Part shown: positions 25,250-32,000 of the stretch, piece after piece
Numbering within the stretch: the stretch's first letter is position 1
Layout of the letters: each line of letters starts with the position of its first letter
From: Candidatus Hermodarchaeota archaeon
GTDB lineage: Archaea > Asgardarchaeota > Heimdallarchaeia > Hodarchaeales > Hodarchaeaceae
DNA length: 32,000 nucleotides
Reading direction: 5' to 3'
Assembly: GCA_048886185.1 (NCBI GenBank)
Contig: JBHLKY010000011.1
Coordinates: forward strand, 1-32,000
Made by a program: the position numbers and the translations under genes
Notes under the pieces: generated by a model
Databases searched by the model: none
Told to the model about the DNA's origin: nothing
Seen by the model: the letters and a program-made list of their open reading frames with translations, nothing else

Positions 25250-26896
25250 ATGCAACTAGCTGGACAACCAGTAATTGTATTGAAAGAAGGAACAGAGCGC
25301 TCGCGCGGCCGAGATGCTCTCCGAAACAACATTCAGGCCGCAATCGCTGTTGCAGATTCAGTACGTAGTGCGTTAGGCCCACGCGGACTTGACAAACTAT
25401 TAGTAGATTCATTAGGAGATGTAGTAATTACTAATGATGGCGCAACAATATTAGACGAAATTGATGTCCAACACCCAGCTGCTAAACTCTTGGTTCAAGT
25501 AGCTAAGACCCAAGATCAAGAAGTGGGTGACGGTACCACTACATCAGTAATTGTTGCAGGTGAATTGCTTAAGCGAGCTGAAAAGTTACTTGATCGGAAA
25601 ATACATCCTACAGTAATCATAGCAGGCTTTAAACTAGCTTCAGATAAATGTAGTGAAATCTTAAAGAACATTGCTATAAAAATCGACCCCAACGATGAAG
25701 ATCATCTTAAAAATGTTGCTAAAACTTCCCTTAACTCTAAAGCAACGGGTGGAGCAAAGGATCTCATGGCAGAAATAGCTGTTAAAGCTACAAAGGCTGT
25801 GATGGAAGAAGGTAAAGTAGATATTGACATGATCTCAGTCATTCAAAAACAAGGGAAAGGATTACATGATTCGGAGCTAGTTGAAGGAGTGGTTATTGAC
25901 AAAGAAGTTGTTAATACTAGGATGCCCTCTTTGGTCGAAAATGCTAAAATAGCATTGATAGATTTGGCATTGGAAATTAAAAAAACAGAATTTGACGCAA
26001 AAATTCGTATCACCGATGCTTCTATGATGGATGCTTTTCTAGATCAAGAACAGAATATGATTAAAGAAATGGTTGATAAAATCCAAAAAGCAGGAGCAAA
26101 TGTAGTTCTTTGTCAGAAAGGAATCGATGATCTCGCTCAACATTTCTTAGCCAAAGAGAACATTTTGGCAGCACGACGAGTTAAGAAATCTGATATGGAG
26201 AAATTAGCTAAAGCAACAGGAGCACGGATTGTTACTAACATCAAAGATTTATCATTGGATGACTTAGGAGACGCAGGACTTGTTGAAGAAGTTCAGATTG
26301 GCGATGAAAAGCTTATTTACATTAAAGATTGTGCTAATCCCAAAAGCGTTTCTATTGTACTTCGAGGTGGCACGAAATACGTAACTGATGAAGCTGAAAG
26401 GGCATTACATGATGCTCTCTGTGTAGTCCGTGATGTTCTAGAAGATGGTTGGGCAGTCGCAGGAGCAGGTAGCCCTGAAATAGAATTGCATAAAAGTCTC
26501 AAAGAATACGCTGGTACGATCAAAGGTCGTGAACAAATGGCAGTAGACGCTTTCGCTGATGCAGTAGAAATCATTCCGAGAACACTTGCTGAGAATGCAG
26601 GTCTTGATTCAATTGATGTCTTAGTTGAGCTACGTGCAGCCCATGAAAAAGGAAATAAGAACATAGGCATAAACGTTATCTCAGGTAAGAATGTTGACGC
26701 TTTTAAGGCTGGAATCATTGAACCTCTTAGGGTTAAACGTCAAGCGCTTCGATCAGCACGAGAAGCAGCAGAATTAATCTTAAGGATTGATGATGTAATT
26801 GCCAGTAAGAGCATGGGCGAAGGCCCACCAGGAATGCCCCCAGGCGGTATGGGCGGAATGGGCGGTATGGGTGGTGGAATGCCCCCAATGATGTAG
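25250..26896 (+). CDS. thsA: Thermosome (group II chaperonin) subunit with GGM tail; alpha/beta naming by order only
   Basis: [43 protein letters not shown] motifs. Confidence 0.95.
   Translation: MQLAGQPVIVLKEGTERSRGRDALRNNIQAAIAVADSVRSALGPRGLDKLLVDSLGDVVITNDGATILDEIDVQHPAAKLLVQVAKTQDQEVGDGTTTSVIVAGELLKRAEKLLDRKIHPTVIIAGFKLASDKCSEILKNIAIKIDPNDEDHLKNVAKTSLNSKATGGAKDLMAEIAVKATKAVMEEGKVDIDMISVIQKQGKGLHDSELVEGVVIDKEVVNTRMPSLVENAKIALIDLALEIKKTEFDAKIRITDASMMDAFLDQEQNMIKEMVDKIQKAGANVVLCQKGIDDLAQHFLAKENILAARRVKKSDMEKLAKATGARIVTNIKDLSLDDLGDAGLVEEVQIGDEKLIYIKDCANPKSVSIVLRGGTKYVTDEAERALHDALCVVRDVLEDGWAVAGAGSPEIELHKSLKEYAGTIKGREQMAVDAFADAVEIIPRTLAENAGLDSIDVLVELRAAHEKGNKNIGINVISGKNVDAFKAGIIEPLRVKRQALRSAREAAELILRIDDVIASKSMGEGPPGMPPGGMGGMGGMGGGMPPMM
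26843..26885 (+). repeat. 9-nt coding tandem repeat encoding the GGM tail
   Basis: ggcggtatg ggcggaatg ggcggtatg ggtggtggaatg. Confidence 0.8.
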
Positions 26897-26909
26897 GAGG
26901 AAAATTAAA

Positions 26910-28538
26910 ATGACATTACAAGGTACTCCAGTATTAATTTTAAGAGAAGATACATCCCGAACTACCGGAAAAGATGCAACTACTAGTAACATAGCAGCTG
27001 CACGAGTCATATCTGAAGCAATTCGGTCAGCTCTTGGTCCTAAGGGACGAGATAAGATGCTTGTTGATAATTTTGGAGACGTTGTCATCACCAATGATGG
27101 AGCGACCATCTTAAAAGAAATTGATATTGCTCATCCCATTGGAAAGATGATGGTAGAGCTCTCTAAAATTCAGGATCAGGAAGTGGGCGATGGAACAACT
27201 ACTGTGGTTATATTAGCAGGCGAATTACTGCAGCAAGCTGCAGAATTAATAACAAGTGATAAAATCCATCCTACAATTCTCGTTGAAGGTTTCCGTGTTG
27301 CAACTGATAAAGCTGTTGAGTTCTTAGAGGAAATTGCTACTGAGATTCCTGTTGATAATGAAGCTCTTCTAATTCAACTTGTAAATACTACCATGGGATC
27401 AAAGATTGTGGCACGATCTAGCGATATGTTAGCTAAAATTGTAATTGAAGCTGTTAGGAGTATTGATCCTGGAACAGGTAAAATTGACATTGAAGATATT
27501 AAAGTTGAAAAGAAAGAAGGCGAGGATATCGAATCAACAATTCTCGTAAAAGGGATTGTTTTAGATAAGGAAGTCGTTCATGCAGGTATGCCAAAACGAT
27601 TGAAAAATCCAAAGATTGCATTAATTGCAGAGGCGTTTGAGGTTTCTAAAACAGAATTTGATTCCGAGTTAAGCATTACTGATCCCACTAAAATTCAGGA
27701 ATTCTTAGACCGTGAAGCAGGAATGCTTCAAAAGATGGTGGACAAAGTTGTTGAGTCAGGTGCCAATGTTGTTATTGCCCAAAAAGGTATTGATGATATT
27801 GCCCAACATCTTTTGGCAAAGAAAAATATTATGGCCATTCGTCGTGTCAAGAAGTCAGATATGGAAAAATTAGCAAAAGCTACAGGTGCTAAGATAGTAA
27901 GCAATATTCCAGACCTTTCTGAAAGTGATCTAGGAACGGCAGGTAAAGTTTATGAAACCAAGGTCGGTGACGATGATATGGTTTTTGTGGAAGACTGTCC
28001 TGCAGCAAAATCCGTTACAATTCTGATTCGAGGTGGAACAGAGCTTGTCGTTGATGAAGCTGAACGCTCGATTCATGATGCAATTTGTGTGGTTCGGAAC
28101 GCCATCGAGGACAAAAAAATTGTTTTTGGTGGTGGTGCCCCAGAAGCTTACGTTAGCCGTAAACTTCACAAGTTCTCTGAATCGTTAGTTGGACGTGAAC
28201 AGTTAGCTGTTCAAGCTTTCGCGAATGCATTAGAGGTTGTTCCTCGTACGCTTGCTGAAAATGCGGGCTTGGACCCAATTGATATCATTGTAGCTCTTCG
28301 AACTGAACACGAAAGTGGCAATCACAAAGCAGGTATAGACGTTTTTGAGGGTAAAGTTCGTGATATGACGAATATAATAGAACCTCTAAGAGTTAAAACT
28401 CACGCCATTACTGCAGCAAGTGAAAACGCACAAATGATACTACGAATCGATGATATCATTGCATCTAAGGCATCTGAAGGCCCCGCTGGTCCTCCAGGAG
28501 GACCTGGTGGCGACATGGGTGGCGAAGATTTCGATTAG
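26910..28538 (+). CDS. thsB: Thermosome (group II chaperonin) subunit with acidic tail; alpha/beta naming by order only
   Basis: [36 protein letters not shown] motifs; AGGAGG SD 13 nt after the upstream stop region. Confidence 0.95.
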   Translation: MTLQGTPVLILREDTSRTTGKDATTSNIAAARVISEAIRSALGPKGRDKMLVDNFGDVVITNDGATILKEIDIAHPIGKMMVELSKIQDQEVGDGTTTVVILAGELLQQAAELITSDKIHPTILVEGFRVATDKAVEFLEEIATEIPVDNEALLIQLVNTTMGSKIVARSSDMLAKIVIEAVRSIDPGTGKIDIEDIKVEKKEGEDIESTILVKGIVLDKEVVHAGMPKRLKNPKIALIAEAFEVSKTEFDSELSITDPTKIQEFLDREAGMLQKMVDKVVESGANVVIAQKGIDDIAQHLLAKKNIMAIRRVKKSDMEKLAKATGAKIVSNIPDLSESDLGTAGKVYETKVGDDDMVFVEDCPAAKSVTILIRGGTELVVDEAERSIHDAICVVRNAIEDKKIVFGGGAPEAYVSRKLHKFSESLVGREQLAVQAFANALEVVPRTLAENAGLDPIDIIVALRTEHESGNHKAGIDVFEGKVRDMTNIIEPLRVKTHAITAASENAQMILRIDDIIASKASEGPAGPPGGPGGDMGGEDFD

Positions 28539-28557
28539 CTTCTCTCTAACTCCCCCC

Positions 28558-28580
28558 TTCTTTTTTCTTCTTTATTTTTT
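28558..28580 (+). terminator. Oligo-T terminator after the thermosome pair
   Basis: ttcttttttcttctttatttttt tract. Confidence 0.5.
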
Positions 28581-28759
28581 GTCAATAAATGCTTTTTTGT
28601 TTTCTATTAGACGAGCTCTGTTTTTTAAATCTCGTTCTTTTTGCCCTTTTTCTTTCAACCAAAACAATATACATTATGAGGCGAAAAAACTCATATATCT
28701 CAATCAAATCCTTCCCATCCTGTTCACAAGAGCATTTTCTGCGCACACCCTTTTTTTAC

Positions 28760-29095
28760 ATGAGTGATTGGGCTGGTTACTTGTTGTCAAGCAAAGATAC
28801 TGATCAAAAAATACTCATTGGGCCTAAAATGCTCACTAGATTCGAGTATGCACGGATTTTGGGGGCTCGTGCTCTCCAAATTTCCATGGGAGCTCCAGTT
28901 TTAGTTTTAGAAAAAGAAGATCAAGAAGAACAAGAACAGGGTGACCCACTTTTAATTTCAGAACGCGAGATTCGCCAAGGACTACTTCCTATCTTAGTTA
29001 GAAGAACTCTACCAGATGGTAGATTCCAAGATATTCCTTTACCGTATCTTCTGAAAGAAGCTGGTCGAAAACATGGTGGGCTTTTAGCCGAATAA
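28760..29095 (+). CDS. rpo6: DNA-directed RNA polymerase subunit Rpo6 (K/omega)
   Basis: [25 protein letters not shown]...EI..G.LPI.VRR.LPDG. The start was moved to ATG 28760 because the track's upstream extension runs through the terminator. Confidence 0.92.
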   Translation: MSDWAGYLLSSKDTDQKILIGPKMLTRFEYARILGARALQISMGAPVLVLEKEDQEEQEQGDPLLISEREIRQGLLPILVRRTLPDGRFQDIPLPYLLKEAGRKHGGLLAE

Positions 29096-29240
29096 CCGAA
29101 GCTCAAATATTCCTCTTTTTCTACTTGATTCCAAACTCTTCTATTTGAGATAAATCCTTTAAATCATAATCAGTAATAGAAGAGTTCTTTTATACTTCCT
29201 TAAAATAAAACTTTTTTATTATATAGTCGTCTAAGTAAAA

Positions 29241-29933
29241 ATGGAGGCTTGTAATATACCTGAACAAAACAACATCAAAGACCAATATAAAAAATATAGT
29301 AAAAAATTACGAAAAATCCAAGACAATGCCCTTGAAGAGGTTCAAGAACAATTAAGAGAGGGAGTTGAATCGTCATCTTCAACTAATTATCTTCCTGAAG
29401 ACTTGGCAAGTTATCTTCTCAGTTTAAAACAAGAGCTTAAATTACCAGTTTCAATCCTTCCTTCCTCGCTCTTTAAAAGACCTCTCTTTGTAGGGAGAGA
29501 AGATTTTTTCTATCGTTTAGCTTCAGAACTAATTTCTTTTGGAATTGCTTACCAAAGAGTCTACCTTACACCCATTAGATTAAGTAAGCTAGCAGAACAT
29601 TTCCATAGACACCGTCCTTGGTGGAAATGTGATATACAAGACATTGAAAAAGCCCTCGACGTTCTACTTCAGAATGGGGTAGTTCAGAAGACGCAGGAAG
29701 GATTCTTATTCGAACCATTATCAATGTCTTCTGATGTTCAAGAGTTTTTAACGATTGTATCAAAAGGTCTCAATGAATATGGAGAAATTTCTCTTTCTTC
29801 TATTCAAAAACTGGTTCCTTGGAATAGTTCAAAGATAGATAAAATCCTAGAATTATTATATTCAAATAAAATTTGCATAATTGACCGAAGTAAAGATTCA
29901 TTATTCTTTCCTGATCTAAAAACTGGCACGTGA
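29241..29933 (+). CDS. ESCRT-II Vps22/Vps36 (EAP30-domain)-like tandem winged-helix protein
   Basis: N-terminal coiled-coil, DFFYRLASELI (cf. Vps22 DFYYELGVQIV), DIEKAL.VL, and WNSSKIDKILELL...ICIID....LFFPDL C-terminal WH. Confidence 0.7.
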   Translation: MEACNIPEQNNIKDQYKKYSKKLRKIQDNALEEVQEQLREGVESSSSTNYLPEDLASYLLSLKQELKLPVSILPSSLFKRPLFVGREDFFYRLASELISFGIAYQRVYLTPIRLSKLAEHFHRHRPWWKCDIQDIEKALDVLLQNGVVQKTQEGFLFEPLSMSSDVQEFLTIVSKGLNEYGEISLSSIQKLVPWNSSKIDKILELLYSNKICIIDRSKDSLFFPDLKTGT

Positions 29934-29937
29934 AGCA

Positions 29938-30237
29938 ATGTCTTCTTTTTCGCTCCCCGAAGTAAAGGATTTCTTTGATAACAGATTGATTATTTCTTGG
30001 AACATCACACAACCTCCCCATCTTCCCCCTCTAAAAAATTTGATCATTCAAATTTCCAGTAGTCCACAGTTAACTTTTGATCCTCTTCAAGATCCCAGAT
30101 TGGAAATTACTGAACTAGATGGTAATGACTTAATTATTAATTGGGTTATCCAAAGACCAGAAGCAAGAACTGAGGTCACGATTTCGATTCAAAGCAAAAC
30201 TTTATTTGAAGAATATACTCTAATCATTTGTCCATAG
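29938..30237 (+). CDS. Hypothetical protein, predicted all-beta (Ig-like) domain
   Basis: ORF 4 nt after the Vps22-like gene; alternating beta-strand pattern (LIISWNI, LIINWVI, VTISIQ). Confidence 0.6.
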   Translation: MSSFSLPEVKDFFDNRLIISWNITQPPHLPPLKNLIIQISSSPQLTFDPLQDPRLEITELDGNDLIINWVIQRPEARTEVTISIQSKTLFEEYTLIICP

Positions 30238-30372
30238 ATTTTCTCCTATATAGAATGGACGAGGGGGAAGTCTTCTGGCAAAGTATTAAAAAATCAAACA
30301 ATGAACCTCATATCAAAGGTTATTGGCCTTCTACATCCATTAGAAAGAATATCACAAAGGATATTGAGTATT

Positions 30373-30588
30373 ATGGGAAAAGTTCGTACCTCTGCAGTTA
30401 AAATCATCTCCCGTCAAATTATTAAAGAATATAGAGACCATTTATCACCTGATTCCTTTGAACACAACAAAGATATTGTATCTAAAGTTGCTGTGGTTCA
30501 CTCCAAACGGTTTAGAAATAAGATTGCCGGGTATGTAACTCATCAAATGAAGCTACAGAAACTGAGAGAGCTATCATACGAAGATTAG
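30373..30588 (+). CDS. rps17e: 30S ribosomal protein S17e
   Basis: MGKVRT..VK...R.II..Y...FEHNK..V......SKRFRNKIAGYVTH. Start at ATG 30373. Confidence 0.95.
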   Translation: MGKVRTSAVKIISRQIIKEYRDHLSPDSFEHNKDIVSKVAVVHSKRFRNKIAGYVTHQMKLQKLRELSYED

Positions 30589-30698
30589 CCAAACATTTTT
30601 ATTTTACTTTTTCGCAATTTAAACAAAGAAATATACGCTAATTAATAGCATGATGATCGTAGAAGACTTACCTTTCAATCGCTCGGATTTGAACTATT

Positions 30699-31430
30699 AT
30701 GGTTACAATCAAATCCGGTATTCCAGGATTAGATACTCTATTTGGACAGAATGGTTTTCCAAGAGGACGTCAAATTCTTGTTACTGGCCCTCCTGGCTCT
30801 GGAAAAACCGTTTTTTGCCTACAATTCCTAATTAATGGAGCACTTAATTCAGCGGAACCTGGTGTTTTCATAAGTTTCGATGATTTACCGCGGCACATCC
30901 GTGCTGATATGATTTCTTTTGGATGGAATGTCCGACAACTTGAAGAAGAGTTTAATCCCCCTTTAATCACCTTAGTTGATGGATTTTCAGCCCGAGTTGG
31001 TCTGACAACTGATGAAAAATATACTATTAAAGCCAATGTGGATAGTTTACTCTTAGTTTTAACCGAGATTTTGGAAGAAACTGGTGCTACCCGCGTTTGT
31101 ATTGATTCTTTATCTACACTCTCAACGATTATTAAAGACCCTGCTAAAGTTCGTAAAGAAATTCTAACGATGGGAGCGATTCTAGGTGAACAAGGGTGTA
31201 CGACATTATTAACTGCTGAAACTTCCGCCATGGGTGTAGAAGAGTACTCATCTCAGGGACTTATTCGGCTAAGTTATGATGAACTCTCGACAGGAGAATT
31301 TCGCCGTGCTCTTCTTGTTCAGAAAATGAGAGGATATGCACATGAATTTTCCTGGAAAGAATTCAGAATCACTGGAGACGGATTAAAAATATTTCCAGAT
31401 AGAACTGTGGGACGTGGGCATTTTAAATGA
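30699..31430 (+). CDS. KaiC-like / RAD55-family RecA-superfamily ATPase (single domain)
   Basis: SGIPGLD, GPPGSGKT (Walker A), LQFL..GA...EPGVFIS, IDSLS, KMRG. Confidence 0.9.
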   Translation: MVTIKSGIPGLDTLFGQNGFPRGRQILVTGPPGSGKTVFCLQFLINGALNSAEPGVFISFDDLPRHIRADMISFGWNVRQLEEEFNPPLITLVDGFSARVGLTTDEKYTIKANVDSLLLVLTEILEETGATRVCIDSLSTLSTIIKDPAKVRKEILTMGAILGEQGCTTLLTAETSAMGVEEYSSQGLIRLSYDELSTGEFRRALLVQKMRGYAHEFSWKEFRITGDGLKIFPDRTVGRGHFK

Positions 31431-31603
31431 CTGATGACCTTCCTATTGGTGTATTAATAAAAATTAAAAGAACAAATGAACGCTGCGGCCAATGTAATGA
31501 ACCCTTCACCATGGAAACTTATCTTGATCCCCTTTCGGAACGACGTTCTTATCGTGTTCAGTGTAAGACTTGCAATTACACTGTTCCACTAGTTGATGAC
31601 TGA
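31427..31603 (+). CDS. Small Zn-ribbon protein (58 aa), not in the ORF track
   Basis: Manual translation MTDDLPIGVLIKIKRTNERCGQCNEPFTMETYLDPLSERRSYRVQCKTCNYTVPLVDD; two CxxC; ATGA overlap with the KaiC-like stop. Confidence 0.7.
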   Translation: MTDDLPIGVLIKIKRTNERCGQCNEPFTMETYLDPLSERRSYRVQCKTCNYTVPLVDD

Positions 31604-32000
31604 TGATTTCTCTAGAAGAAAAGCGGTTTAAGTGCCAGCAAAGTGGTCATTGCTGTTGTGACCCAAAAATCATTGTTACATTGACTTTTCGAGATCTTTT
31701 TAGATTATATAGTGCCCTTGATAACGACTTCAGGATACTACTTCAAAAAATTTCTTTCTACACATTAAAAGAATCCTCTCCCTCTCTTCAGAAACAAATG
31801 GTGCTAAAACCAATTCAAACTAGTCAAGGAACTGCAATTCCTGGGCTTAGAAAGAAGAAAGAAATATGTGTTTTTTATCATCTCCCAAATTGTATCATTT
31901 ATCCTTCGCGACCATTATCATGTAGAAATTATCCCTTGGCTTTTGTAAAGGAAGAAAAGCAATTGATTTGCACATGGGCAAAAAATTCTCAAAAAACATG
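31603..32000 (+). CDS. YkgJ-family (CxxCxxCC, Fe-S/Zn-chelating) protein, 3' end outside window; not in the ORF track
   Basis: Manual translation MISLEEKRFKCQQSGHCCC...CVFYHLPNCIIYPSRPLSCRNYP; TGATG overlap with the upstream stop. Confidence 0.8.
   Translation, partial: MISLEEKRFKCQQSGHCCCDPKIIVTLTFRDLFRLYSALDNDFRILLQKISFYTLKESSPSLQKQMVLKPIQTSQGTAIPGLRKKKEICVFYHLPNCIIYPSRPLSCRNYPLAFVKEEKQLICTWAKNSQKT

Noticed and set aside
28589-28759. N-terminal extension of Rpo6 given by the ORF track
   Set aside because: It runs through T-rich terminator/promoter sequence and encodes low-complexity F/L-rich text; homology starts after ATG 28760.
30301-30372. N-terminal extension of S17e given by the ORF track
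   Set aside because: The S17e family starts at MGKVR (30373).
830-31231. The many 60-150 aa antisense or overlapping ORFs in the track (e.g. 4621-4833, 7316-7687, 13815-14129, 20398-20715, 26317-26718, 30770-31231)
   Set aside because: They are shadows of well-supported genes on another frame or strand and carry no recognisable motifs.
1-32000. rRNA, tRNA, CRISPR arrays, IS elements, selenoprotein recoding
   Set aside because: No repeat-spacer arrays, tRNA consensus, transposase motifs or in-frame TGA within otherwise conserved genes were seen.

Overview
AT-rich archaeal chromosomal window, most likely from an Asgard archaeon (Heimdallarchaeia/Hodarchaeales-like). The lineage is inferred from an HMf-type histone, two group II chaperonins, Rpo6, S17e, an ESCRT-II Vps22/36-like gene and GAGGTG-type Shine-Dalgarno sites. 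The left ~22 kb is rich in nitrogen-heterocycle catabolism: three amidohydrolases (one SsnA-like), a dihydropyrimidinase/HyuA-like enzyme, a fungal-type cytosine deaminase, two divergent YgeW/AOTC-like carbamoyltransferases, carbamate kinase, and a ThrC-like PLP enzyme lacking the usual phosphate-binding arginines. Together they resemble an ATP-yielding ureide (purine/pyrimidine) fermentation. Interspersed are a transglutaminase-like gene with no canonical start codon, a proline-rich protein with WH2-like and SNAP-like segments, a TrmB-ArsM divergon, a 1074-aa GNAT protein and a surface-anchored PLD. The right ~8 kb is housekeeping: histone, tandem thermosomes, rpo6, Vps22/36-like, S17e and a KaiC-like/Zn-finger/YkgJ cluster. 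No rRNA, tRNA, CRISPR array or mobile element was recognised. All family assignments come from motif reading and remembered reference sequences; no database search was run.
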